From positions 146,369,055 to 146,421,060 of the forward strand of contig NC_068981.1 of NCBI RefSeq assembly GCF_001194135.2: a stretch of DNA of 52,006 nt, given 5' to 3'. The notes beneath the pieces were generated by a model, which worked only from the letters and a program-made list of their open reading frames with translations, had not been told where the DNA came from and did not search any database. Each line of letters starts with the position of its first letter. Positions within the stretch are counted from its first letter, which is position 1. This document shows, piece after piece, positions 12,945 through 25,175 of the stretch. The DNA is from Octopus bimaculoides (Eukaryota). The position numbers and the translations under genes were made by a program.

Positions 12945-13374
12945 GGCACAGGCATAGATGTGGGGTAAGAAGCTTACTTCCCAGCCGCATAGTTCCGGGT
13001 TCAGTCTCACTGCGCGGCACCTTGGGCAAGTGCCTTCTACTATTGCTTCGGGCCGACCAAAGCCTTGTGAGTGGAATTGGTAGACGGAAACTGAAAGAAG
13101 CCCGTCGTATATATATGTGTGTGTGTGTGTGTATGTGTGTGTGTGTGTGTGTGTGTATGTGTGCGTGTGGTTGTGTGCTCTAAATGAGGAGTAGACTGAC
13201 AGCCGATGAAAAGTCCTTTCTCTGTGCTTACTTGTCCTGTTTTCTATTTTTTCTCGTGGTTTACGTATTTAACTCGTTTATTTACGCATTTCGAGTTGCT
13301 TGCACCGTTGGTGATGTCTTGTACCCATATATGCATGTATCTACACACACACACACTTATGCATACATGCATAC

Positions 13375-13429
<55 letters not shown>

Positions 13430-13570
13430 TACATATATATATGTGTGTGTATTATGTATGTATATATGCATGTATGTATGTATATGTTTGTGTCTGTGTT
13501 TCTCCCCCACCATCGCTTGACAACCGATGCTGGTGTGTTTACGTCCCCGTAACCTAACTGTTCGGCAACC
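12945..13570 (+). mobile_element. Bipartite SINE family B with internal microsatellite and a nested insertion (13166-13345)
   Basis: Head ...CCGGGTTCAGTCTCACTGCGCGGCACCTTGGGCAAGTG...GGTAGACGGAAACTGAAAGAAGCCCGTCG, then TA/TG repeats, then tail start CCCCCACCATCGCTTGACAACCGATGCTGGTGTG. Same layout as 27570-27955 and 46223-46628. Confidence 0.9.
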
Positions 13571-13699
13571 TGAATATTTTGCTGCATGAAGAACTGTAGG
13601 ATCAAGAAGACGTCTGTGCCTGCACAAGTCTGCATACACGCCTACACCAAAGTCATTCTTACATTTTATTAACGACAACGATTTGGATATGCACACAGA

Positions 13700-13742
13700 C
13701 TTGTACGCACGCACGCACGCACACATACATACATACATACAT

Positions 13743-13777
<35 letters not shown>

Positions 13778-14215
13778 TACATACATACATACATACATAC
13801 ATACATACATACATACATGCATGCATGCATGCATACGTGCATGCAAATCTGTATTGTTGGATGAAAGAGTTTTCTTTCTAGGCTAGAAACCGGTTCTTCT
13901 CCATTGGTGAGAAATTCGAAGAACCAAAGAACGAACATACATACATACGTACGTGCGAACGTATGCATGTATGTATGTATGTATGTATGCATGCATGTAT
14001 GTATGTATGTATGTATGTATGTATGTATGTACACTTGTACGTATTTATGTATTTGTGATCATTTTGAATTCTGCGAAGAATCGCAATAAATCTCATTAGA
14101 AAGCATACATTGGCTCGTACGTACGCATCTGCGCATGCACACGCACATACGCACACACACACACGCACACATGCACATACATGCACACACACACAAACGC
14201 ACGCACACTAACATA

Positions 14216-14250
<35 letters not shown>
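13700..14250. repeat. Cluster of (CATA)n/(TATG)n/(CA)n microsatellites
   Basis: Directly visible; source of the HTYI/MYVC ORFs. Confidence 0.95.
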
Positions 14251-14253
<3 letters not shown>

Positions 14254-14365
14254 TCCGTGCTTTCATGGCAGTGCTGGTTTAATTCGTTAGATCAAGTGTT
14301 TTACAGCTGGACGCATTTCGTACTACTAACGACTCGTCTGTGAAGAAGAGAAGTACATTTTATTA

Positions 14366-14393
14366 TTATAATCACCATCATCATCATCATCAT

Positions 14394-14433
<40 letters not shown>

Positions 14434-14434
14434 G

Positions 14435-14465
<31 letters not shown>
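14366..14465. repeat. (CAT)n-(TAT)n compound microsatellite
   Basis: Directly visible. Confidence 0.97.
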
Positions 14466-14469
<4 letters not shown>

Positions 14470-14891
14470 CAAGATAAACTCGGGAAAGTAGATTTAAATG
14501 CCTTAATAGATATACTGTAAGGTTAGATCTTATTGCTGTGATATCAGTAACCCAACACCTTACCCTCACAAATCTTACATTCGATGGCTTCTAATAGCAA
14601 GTTAATGTGATTTAGTACACATCGTTAGTCAACCGATGTAACATACATTCAAAGCAAACGAATAGCTGGAGCATTTCATTCTTTGAATTTAGAATATATT
14701 GTTCGTTTAATAGAGAGAACTTACGGCAAAATTTGTACTATTATTAAATAAAAAAAAAAAAAGGCACTATAAAATTTTAGAACGTTAAGGACAATATGAG
14801 TCAATTTTGTGGTCAAATCTTGAAAATTTTTTAAAGAGACCAGCAAATTTAATCCTTTGTTACCGGCTTTCTTAAAATATAAATATGTGTG

Positions 14892-14931
<40 letters not shown>

Positions 14932-15074
14932 CAGAACATAGCCAATTTTCACATGCATGCATGTTTTTTCCTCAAAACAATTATCTTTACGATATTTATC
15001 ATACTACGTGATATTTAAGATGGACACATTCTTTTTAAACTTCTCGAAGACACGATGAATAGCTGTGTATATGT

Positions 15075-15133
15075 ATAGACAAGTGTGTACGTGTGTGTGT
15101 ATGTGTGTGTGTGTGTGCGTGCGCGTGCGTGTG

Positions 15134-15213
<80 letters not shown>

Positions 15214-15260
15214 TGTGTGTGTTTGTGTGTGTGTGTGCGTGCGTGTGTGTGTGTGTGTGA
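15075..15260. repeat. (TG)n microsatellite
   Basis: Directly visible. Confidence 0.98.
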
Positions 15261-16373
15261 GTATAACAATGAGAAAGGATTAGAAAATCCAGATGTTTAC
15301 CTGAGGCAGCACTCGCGTGAGCTGCGACTGTCTATGATTCTATGAAGGAGAATTTCCCTTACGGAAACAGGTTCCAAACAAACCAGAAAATCCTAAAGGT
15401 TTACGACCATCGTGGAGTATTAAAAATAAGGGAAGAATAAAGTAGCTGGCATTACATTTAATCCATGATTTACAATTGTCTCAAAAACTTGCAGTGTCAT
15501 GTATATAGACATGGATAAGAACAATGGTGTAGTTATTACTTTGTAATGTATATTACATAATAGGTACTGCAATCATAACATAACGAACGAATAAAATATA
15601 TAAACAGATTGATTTCACTTAAATAGGAACGATTTGGCGTTGGATTGAAGAAAGTAAATAGACAAGTCAAACCTATCTTTGGACTGAATGTATCCTCAGA
15701 GATTGCTTCCATATTCTTCCGTGTGTATATGCATATATAACACGGGAGATAGAGTCTGACAATTTGGTTTTATAACAGAGTGATGCTTGGCTCTCATCCA
15801 TATGCATCGTTGTGACAATTATTGCCTTTGCCAAAAGTACAAGATGTTTTATTTGCTCAAAAGACCTGATCGGCCATCCTCCTCCATAACTGAAAGATTG
15901 TCTTTTGTGCGTTGAATATTTGAAAAGAAATATTCCAAGGACACGATCTTTTTTCTATTTATGATGGCGCTAAATTCACTCTCATTACTTATATATAAAT
16001 CCAATACTTATATTCTAGGTTCTGCAACAGAAAGGAACTGATATAACCTATAGGATAATACTTACAATACTGCGAAGCAGTGAGACTTCATAGCATTTTA
16101 AAATTATTCAGCTGGTATAAGGATAGAATTTAGTGAAAAGAAATGTTCATAGGTTTATATGCATGAATATGTGTGCGTGTGCGTATGTGTTAGTGTGTGT
16201 GTGTGTGTGCGCGCGCGCGCGCGTAGTTCAGGGTGTAACTACAGAATGTGGCCTGTGCTAACGTTCTAGAGAGAGAGTGTGTGCAAGAGAAAGAGGGGAG
16301 ACATTGCATCTCAAGTGTGTTAATTTTATCTAATCTGTAACATATGTAAGGCTACGGACACGATATCTGTAAA

Positions 16374-16411
<38 letters not shown>

Positions 16412-17464
16412 GCACGCACGCACGCACACACGCACACATACTCACGTACACATGTGAGTGTGTGTACGCGTATGTGTATATGCGTATATTTCTGTGTTGT
16501 GTGTGTATGCAAGCGTGCATATATGTAAATATTCTCAGAAGGCGTCCAGTGACCATAAGCAAACGTATGTTTGACACCAAATGTTTCATTATCTCTTTTT
16601 GACCCCACTCCACCAGTTCACATTTTATCAAACTATTATTATTATCATTATTATTATTGTTGTTGTTGTTTTTGTTGTTGTTGTCCCTCTGTAGTTGTTA
16701 TCTTTAACATCACTAGAGATTTACGCTTCAAACCGCCATAACTTTTCCCACAGATAAGTGAAATCGTATGGACGACCTGAGTAGAATTTGATTTTTTTTT
16801 TTCCTCATTACAAACGAACTATTTGTGTAATGACTTCGGATATATTTGTTATTAATCAAAAGATGTTATGTTGCTAATCTTAAATCAGTCTATCGGAAAA
16901 TTAACTCATCTGTGTCATGTCTAATATGGGTGAAATGATTAAAAGTATAATATAAAATAAAACGAAATGCTGAACTTAGTCACCGATCGTTCTGTTCTCC
17001 CTTGAGTACATTTTAACTGACAAAATATTGATTTCTAGAGTATATGATGTTAAATCAGGTATATTAGCAGCATTACAGTTGCAATCTCTTCGTACCCCAC
17101 TCTCTATCTCTCTCTTTCTCTCTCTCTCTCTTTCTCTCTCTCTCTTTCTCTCTCTCTCTCTTTCTCTCTCTCTCTTTCTCTCTCTCTCTTTCTCTCTCTT
17201 TTTCCCCTCTCTTTTCTTTCCTCTATCTCTCTATCTCTATCTCTTTATCTCTATCTCTATTTCTCAGCGTACATATAAATTTACATACACCCATTCTTAC
17301 AAACACTCAGCCCTAAAGATATTTACAATAAACAGTAGGAATCAGAATCTGGGGAGCATCGAACGCTATACCATGTGGTAATTCGCTGCATCTCTGAAAA
17401 TATTCTAAGTTCAAATTCTGATGAGACATGCTTTATCTTTTACACTTTCAATATATTTGACCGA

Positions 17465-17775
17465 TAAGGCGACGAGCTGGCAGAAACGTTTGGGGTCGAT
17501 GTAATCGACTTAATCCCTTTGTCTGTCCTTGTTTGTCCCCTCTATGTTTAGCCCCTTGTGGGCAATAAAGAAATAAGAAACATTAGCACACCGGGCGAAA
17601 TGCTTAGCGGTATTTCGTCTGTCTTTACGTTCTGAGTTCAAATTCCGCCGAGGTCGATTTTGCCTTTCATCCTTTCGAGATCGATAAATTAAGTAACAAT
17701 TGCGTACTGGGGTCGATCTAATCAACTGGCCCCTCCCCAAACCTTTCGGACCTTCTGCCTAGAATAGAAAAGAAT
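17465..17775 (+). mobile_element. Dimeric family-A SINE, first monomer internally deleted
   Basis: Same junction GGGCAATAAAGAAATA-AGAAAC(A/G)TTAGCAC as the dimer at 25176-25600. Confidence 0.85.
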
Positions 17776-18630
17776 ATATTTGACCGATTTCCCATCAGTG
17801 AAATACCTAAGATAGTATATTTGACTGTTCTTACTGGAGTTTTAAGTAAAGTGTAATTTATAAATAAATATACATTTACGTCCATATATCTTTAATGCCA
17901 AAGTGAAATTTGGCCCTGTCATTAAAATAAATTAGTTTTTCAGCAAGTGTCATTATTTTTTAACGACTTAGAATGGTTTTCTCCTCCCGTTTAAGGTTTA
18001 GAGAGTCACTCATTAAACATTTTCAGCATAGCTCACACCATAACGAAACATGAAGTGACGTCCTGTGTTTTTAGCACACAAGTGTCTCTCAGAAGTTTCT
18101 GAGACAAATTACCCCAGCTAACGCCTTTCCTCATTTACATACATATTATAAATGTTATACTAACTAGTATTTAACCTAAGATTATTTCAAGTGCATATAT
18201 TGATCCAAGTAAATATTTACATGTTCAATGGAAATAAAATCACATAAAAAGCTACAAAAATATTACAGTTTTAACGAGGATAAAAGTCACAGGAAAATGT
18301 TACGTTTCATTTAAATATCATCAGAAGTAATTAAATTAATTAAATGAATAATATTTTGAATTGCTGATTAACTGCCAGCATAAGACTTGAACACAATCAT
18401 ATAACAATTCATTGTGCTGTTTCACTTACACTGAAAAAATCACGTTTTATTCTATATCACATTCTATTCAATAAAACAATGGAACTAAATTTAAAAAAAA
18501 AACATCAAATCAATTATTTGTTGATGTGCACGACATGTTCACGTTGAAAACATAAATTTCCTATTTTTATCTATAAAGGAGAAAATACACCAATAGTCGT
18601 GCTTAGTTCTCGTCAATATATACGGGTACA

Positions 18631-18848
18631 TTAAGGCGGCGAGCTGGCAGAATCGTTAGCACGCCAAGCAAAGTGCTTAACAGTATTTCGTCTGTCTTTA
18701 CGTTCTGAGTTCAAATTCCACCGAGGTGGACTTTACCTTTCATCCTTTCGGGGTCGATAAATTAAGTACCAGTTGCGTACTGGGATCGATTTAATTGACT
18801 GGTCTCCTCCCCCAGAAGTTCGGGCCTTGTGCCTAGAGTAGACAAGAA
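18631..18848 (+). mobile_element. SINE family A
   Basis: Full head (TGGCAGAATCGTTAG; GAGTTCAAATTCC), central CCTTTCATCCTTTCGGGGTCGATAAATTAAGTACCAG block and 3' GGGCCTTGTGCCTAGAGTAG. Confidence 0.92.
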
Positions 18849-18864
18849 TATATACGAATACATT

Positions 18865-19078
18865 AAGGTGGCGAGCTTGCAGAATCGTTAGCACGTCAAG
18901 CAAAGTGCTTAGCAGCATTTCATCTGTCTTTACCTTCTGAGTTCAAATTCCGCCGAGGTCAGCTTTGCTTTTCATCCTTTCGTGGTCGATAAAATCAATA
19001 CCAGTTCAGTACTGGGGGTCGATGTAATCGACTTGCCACCGCCCCCGAAATTGCTGGCTTTGTGCCAAATTGTGAAAC
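18865..19078 (+). mobile_element. SINE family A (tandem neighbour, alternative 3' end)
   Basis: Homologous to 18631-18848 over the head and central block. Confidence 0.9.
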
Positions 19079-19101
19079 TAATATATATGATACAGTTCTA
19101 T

Positions 19102-19245
19102 ATTTACATTATTTACATTTGACGGATATTTGTCCTCATCTTGTTTGTTGTTAACACAACGTTTCGGCTGATATACCATCCCGCCTTCACCAGGTGTTTT
19201 AGGGTAATTTCGATAATGGATTCTCATTCCTAAGGTATTTTTCGA

Positions 19246-19280
<35 letters not shown>

Positions 19281-19348
19281 TCACTGCCTGGAATCGAATT
19301 CGGAATCTTGGGGTTAGTAGCCCGCGCTCCTAACCACTACGCCATATG
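19102..19348 (-). mobile_element. tRNA-headed SINE (family D) with internal (AAT)n and a Penelope-like 3' end
   Basis: RC: CATATGGCGTAGTGGTTAGGAGCGCGGGCTACTAACCCCAAGATTCCGAATTCGATTCCAGGC (A box, B-box-like), (AAT)n linker, then a tail containing CTGGTGAAGGC...GCCGAAACGTTGTG. Confidence 0.8.
19153..19198 (-). ncRNA. Minimal type-I hammerhead ribozyme-like fold (core variant CUGGUGA)
   Basis: RC RNA: AACAC CUGGUGA A GGC..GCC GAAA CG UU GUGUU. Stem I is AACAC/GUGUU, stem II closes with GGC/GCC, stem III is the palindrome AACGUU, cleavage triplet GUU. Confidence 0.65.
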
Positions 19349-19769
19349 AATTCGTGTGTGTGAGAACGTCAATGGATAATTGGTTATGGTATTTAATTCA
19401 TGATCATAAGGTCGTTGGTTTGCTTCCTGGACTGAGTAGGTTGTTATAAGTGTGCGTTCATGGCTGTAGTGTAATGACTGAAACAAATAAAAGATAAGAT
19501 ATATATATATATAAATATATATATATATNNNNNNNNNNACGTACTCGGTAATTCTCGGAAAAGCGGGGCTTTTCCCTTGATTCCGTTCTCATAATTGTTT
19601 CGCTAATCCAATAGCAACAATACAAAGTATATACTCCTTAAAAAGGTTTTTGTGCATTTAATGAGAATACCGAACTGTCTTACACAGGATCTTGTTTTTA
19701 GGAATTCCCAATAAGTTATGAATACCCAAATTGTGAAGTCAGTTATGTAATAACCAAATGTGGAATTGC

Positions 19770-20338
19770 CTTGACTTCCCATAGCTTGCATTCGGGTGTC
19801 CAGGTCAAGTAATGCCTCATTGTAAATGGCGTTATTGAACGTGCCAATTTACGCTGAGGTTTGCATTTGAATCCTTTCTAGTTGCCCTCTGCCATGTTAG
19901 TTTTGTGACTCGCCCAAAGCTTGTGAGGTTCACGCAAGCCACATGTCATCAAAATGATAAAAAAATATCTGGCGCAGTTGACTTGGTGCTGTGCTGACTG
20001 CTGCCTCCTCCAGTGTCTGGTCTCGGTGAGCATCGTCCTCTAGTAGTCCATGTTTGGCGCAGGCTTCTCTATAGGTCGTGCAGACTTCCCATTGTGTCTT
20101 CGAAAGTCTGTGAATGATGTAGCAGTAGATGCAGAAAGAAGCACTCCTGCTGGTTAAGGTGTACAGTTTACACCCACCTGATAGCCTCACTTTCGAAGAC
20201 AGCATCTTCTTCCCAGCCCTCAATGCGTGTTCTTTGCTTGGTTCTGTTCCATCTATTGCGTGCCCAGGTATAGTACACAGGAACCTCTACATACAACAGT
20301 GTTCGGGCAAACAGATTACATTGGCATAATTTGAAGAA

Positions 20339-20340
<2 letters not shown>
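19770..20340 (-). pseudogene. Helitron RepHel fragment (region between Rep and helicase domains), stops and frameshifts
   Basis: Translation: FFKLCQCNLFARTLLYVEVPVYYTW ... V*TVHLNQQECFFLHLLL ... TYREACAKHGLLEDDAHRDQTLEEAAVSTAPSQLRQIF ... PHKLW ... YNEALLDL. These are characteristic Helitron motifs (LLYxEVPxYYTW, ECFFLRLLL, TYREACxxxGLLEDD). Confidence 0.92.
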
Positions 20341-20376
<36 letters not shown>

Positions 20377-20760
20377 CTCATATAACATTGCGTTCTGGAC
20401 CATACTTATACTTAGTTCTACACAAGGATATTAGTCTCGCTATAACTAAGCGAAATATCAATATGCATATATATATATATAACAACATAAATAATATATA
20501 ACTATATGCATATATCCATAGATATATGTACATACCTGCATCTATATGTATACATACATGCATATATGGGTACAGGACATCACAAAAAACATTAAACACA
20601 ATGAGAAACGAAAACATAAAGTGCCCTGAAAGTGACCCGTTGTGGATGGTAGTAGGGATTGTATTCCTGAAACATCTCTTTTGGATTGTTTTGTTTATAA
20701 AATTTGCATAGTGGTAACGTTGGCAATAGTGGTAAAGTTAGGAAGGAGGTGGCGGAGAGA

Positions 20761-20868
20761 AAGAAGAAGAAGAAGAAGAAGAAGAAGAAGAAGAAGAAGA
20801 AGAAGAAGAAATGTAGGTAGTATGATAGTAGTAAAGTGTTAAATGGTCATGTAAATGAGAGTCACAGA

Positions 20869-20945
<77 letters not shown>
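20761..20945. repeat. (AAG)n followed by (CA)n(TA)n microsatellites
   Basis: Directly visible. Confidence 0.97.
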
Positions 20946-20946
<1 letters not shown>

Positions 20947-21968
20947 TCTTCGTCTATCATTATGAATCACAGATGAGTTAGCATATACCACGCTTTTCGC
21001 CAAAACTGCTTTCTGCTTTAGTTGGCTAAAATATGACTAGCTGTATGAGCTGTAATCGGTGAACTTTGAAGTCCTTGTCAAATTACCAAGCCAATCGATA
21101 TTATCAATATATTTTACTCAACTAAATGTATAGTGTTCGGCCATCAGTAAATGTATTGTTGTTTTCTATAAGCTGATTGCAATAGCAAATAATACATTGA
21201 TGCTCACAGATCCACATAGATGCATGTGAGTTTGAGTATGTGCATGCATATACATATATAACCAATGCTGTGTGCTCTATGAATATGCAAATATATGCAG
21301 TCATATCCATATGTGTTTACTCTCACTTTGGAATTAATTCCTTCGATTAACCCACGAGGCGTTTTCAGAGACGTGGACATCCCGCACCCAAGCGTCCCAG
21401 TTATAACAATTCTGCTGAAATTTTTGTGTTCGGCATGGTTACTCTTCGCAAATGTTTAATATAATGGCACCTGGAATGAAAAAGAATAATTACAGTATAA
21501 ATTCTACACTGCTGAAAACATATTAAGACGCTTAGATCAGAAATTTTGAAAATTAAAGGTGTCTATTTACTTATTAACATGCAAACAAGTTTGAACCAGA
21601 CAGAAACGTCAGTGTCATGCTATTATCTAAATGTCCTGTGCCTTCTACATTTTGATAAATATCTCTCTGCTATTGTTACAAGGCAGCTTGTGCTGTGAGG
21701 CAGGAAGCAAGCGAATCCTGATAAATTTTTAAGATAACGTAACTGATTGGTTCGAAACTCTTTCTAAGCTCAGAACAAATACTTTTCATGGAAGTGTTCT
21801 AATTTCACGGCGTCATTAAATCCTAAATTGGTACAGCTCCGTAAGTAAGTTAATTCATAATTTACAATATTCTTGAATGCTACATCCCTCCGTGAGTGAC
21901 AAGCTGCCAAACTTTTCGCACCGGCTTCGCTGAACTACCACAATTTTAACATGATTACTATATTACCC

Positions 21969-22352
21969 GTGGAGGCGCAATGGCCCAGTGGTTAGGGAAG
22001 TGGACTCGTGGTCATAGGATCGCGGTTTCGATTCCCAGACCGGGTGTTGTGAGTGTTTATTGAGCGAAAACACCTAAAGCTCCATAGGCTCCGGCAGGGG
22101 ATGGTGGCGAACCCTACTGTACTCTTCCACCACAACTTTCTCTTACTTCCTGTTTCTGTTGTGCCTGTAATTCAAAGGGTCAGCCTTGTCACACTGTGCC
22201 ACGCTGAATATCCCCGAGAATTACGTTAAGGGTACACGTGACTGTGGAGTGCTCAGCCACTTGCACGTTAATTTCACGAGCAGGCTGTTCCGTTGATCGG
22301 ATCAACTGGAACCCTCGACGTCGTAAGCGACGGAGTGCCAACAACAACAACA
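21969..22352 (+). mobile_element. SINE family C variant with (CAA)n tail and 12-bp TSD
   Basis: Head TGGCCCAGTGGTTAG...GGTTTCGATTCCC; tail GGAGTGCC(AAC)n. ACTATATTACCC is duplicated at 21957-21968 and 22353-22364. Confidence 0.93.
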
Positions 22353-22620
22353 ACTATATTACCCAAATTTTAATCATGGGCTCTGTATGTAAAAATATTC
22401 AGTTCTGGCAATGGAATATCGTTTCATTATGAACGTTTAAAAATATAATATTGGTTGATTAAGTGGTAAAATCCGGAATTTGTCTATTTATCATGAGGGG
22501 TCCAGGATGACGAAAAACTAACAGTAATGGGAAAATAAAAAGATAGCTTCCATCTTTATTGCAGACTAGAAAAGAATCTTTATATCCTCGTAGAGGTCAA
22601 TTCTTTTCGAAATGTTTATA

Positions 22621-23223
22621 ATACTGCTGTATTTCGGGACGGTCATTCTTTATTTTTGCCAAATAAACACACGCACTATATATTTCTTTTCTTCAATTGG
22701 TCATTACTGTTCTTATTTTATTATTTTAACTCATGTCCATTGTCCGGAAATCCTTCGTTACACTTCTGTGACCTCTTCAGTGACATGTTTCGTTTTTGTA
22801 TGTGCTCTTGCTGGACCTACTCCATTTTGTTCTTCTAAAATGTGTATCCTTATGTGCGCACATAAGGATACACATTTAATTTTCAAAATCTTTTATTTAA
22901 TATGCAAAGCGAACAATTGAAATGTGATCGATAGGGAGGATTACATACTTTAGTATTTAGTTGACATTCTCTTTGCAGTTTTTAATTCAGGGACTCTTTT
23001 TGGCATTGAACTGATGAGCTTTGTGATTGTCTCTTGTGGAATTTCTGCCCACTTTTCACGCAACAATCGAAACAATTCATCTTTGATGTTTGACGAAGGA
23101 TTTCCGGTCAATGGACATGAGTTAAAATAATAAAATAAGAACAGTAATAAACAATTGAAGAAAAAAAATATAGTGCATGTGTTTATTTAGCAAAAGCAAT
23201 GATCGTCCCGAAATACAACAATA
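22621..23223 (-). mobile_element. Composite foldback containing a second Tc1-family transposase C-terminus and a central 40-bp palindrome
   Basis: Minus 23110-22950 reads NPSSNIKDELFRLLREKWAEIPQETITKLISSMPKRVPELKTAKRMSTKY*, followed by AATAAA. Arms 22621-22758 and 23093-23223 are near-identical inverted repeats. Perfect palindrome at 22838-22877. Confidence 0.85.
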
Positions 23224-24903
23224 TCTGTTTCAACACACGATTTCACATCAGGAATCTTGCAAAACGTATTTATAATACATTTGCCATCATTTGCTATTTT
23301 ATGACGACATAATGACCTAAGAGAGCTGGATTGCTAAGTTGGTAAAAAAAAGGCGATGAACAAAAACATAGTGGTATTATTGAGTTACATCACTTAAAAT
23401 GAGTTCAAATCACGAGAAGTGATTTTTGTTTTGCAACAATAGAAGAGACATATTTATTAAAATGTAAAAGGCACGGGGCATTTAGATAACAGTACGACGT
23501 TTTTTGAAATAGTCTTATATTTTTGTCTTACATCATTCTAGGGTAGATAAAATAAAGTATCAGTCACGTATTGGAAGACCGACCTAAATGACTATAAGCC
23601 TGTCCCACTTCAAAAAATTTATAAAATAATAATAAAATGAAAGAAGTTATATGTTCTTGAATCTGCGTAAAAGATTTCTAACAAGCACAAGGTCAGAAGT
23701 TTGATGGGAGGAGTAAAATCGATTACATCGATCTCAATATTTGACTGGTACTATACTTTACCGACCTTGAAAAGTAGTACCTAGACTAGTGAGATTTGAA
23801 CTGATTATATAAAGGGGCATAAGTAAATACCTTACTCTATTTTATCCGTCACTCTAACATTCTCCCACTCGACCACGCATCCAAAATTACCCGGCGCATC
23901 CGTCTGACATGCTCTCGTCAACTATACTATGTGTACCTGGTAGTGCCTGCAATAACCACATCATTTATTCATTCCTGCCCAAATTGTCAGTCCGCTAGAA
24001 TTGCCCACCAGCTCTCCTTTTTACCTAAATGCTTCAACTAATATATGTTCAAACTGAATTGCAACCGCATCACTCACCAACATGGAACAGCCTACTAAAA
24101 TGAAGGATACTATCTTTCCATTTCCAAGCCATCAAAAATTAAATTCTGTGGTCTTAAATCAAAATCTTGATATTATATACAAATAAACTCACGAAACATG
24201 CACACAAATATATAGTAAATAAAAATATACAAGCTGACGTTTACAAGCAGTCTTCATTTCAAAATTATCATAACTATTCTATATTGCATATATACGCTAC
24301 TAACATAAGGCAAAACAATCTTCTTAAAACTGGAGATGCTTAAAGCTAAAAGCTGTCTGAATTCTAAATGGTTAAAGCATTAAGCTGAAATTTCTTCTAA
24401 GATTGCTTCTAAGTTTGATAGCTCGGTAACTTCAAATATCAAAAATGACCAGAAACTTTAAGAGATTCTAGTGATCTTTCAGTGGAAAATCACATAGCTT
24501 ATGGAACAAAAGAATATTGATTAATTCCATTTGATTAATCTGTCATAAATCTTTTTTTGTTTTAATGGAGTTGATGTACCGTATGTGAAGAAAAATCTTG
24601 GCATCTCTTTTCTGAAGTGAGGTTAATGACAACGAAGTGGCATTTTTTTTTTAACTTTTAATAAGCAATAGATTCCATCAAACAGTGAAATGGAGGTTTG
24701 TCTTATGAATTACTTCTTTGATGAGAAATACCCTCCATTTTCTCTCACTTAACGCTATAGTCAAAGCAATCTCATTATTGTGTATATGTGTGTGAGAGAG
24801 ACAGAGAGAGTGGAGAAAGAACATAGGTTTATAATTGCATACTTCAATAAGACACAGAATATAACATAACAATCCTCTGTTAGTTATTGAAAAACACTAT
24901 TAC

Positions 24904-24911
24904 TTGTTGTT

Positions 24912-24945
<34 letters not shown>

Positions 24946-24954
24946 GGGGGCAGC

Positions 24955-25008
<54 letters not shown>

Positions 25009-25036
25009 TGTTGTAGTAGTAGTAGTAGTAGTTGTT

Positions 25037-25068
<32 letters not shown>
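24904..25068. repeat. (TAG)n/(TTG)n microsatellite
   Basis: Directly visible; poly-T/poly-V ORFs. Confidence 0.98.
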
Positions 25069-25069
<1 letters not shown>

Positions 25070-25175
25070 AAAATAAAATCTATTTTATAACGAGATTCAT
25101 GCATCTGTGGCTGTCCGTCACACGCTCAAATCAAAATGATTTTTAAGTAATTTTTATTTTTAATATTTAAGTCAA

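Noticed and set aside
20427-20459. Hairpin with GCGAAA resembling a hammerhead 3' half
   Set aside because: No CUGANGA core; folds as a simple stem-loop.
21785-21900. Plus-strand donors GTAAGT (21841) and GTGAGT (21892)
   Set aside because: Weak acceptor and an unrecognised peptide (NKYFSWKCSNFTASLNPKLVQL); such motifs occur by chance at this density.
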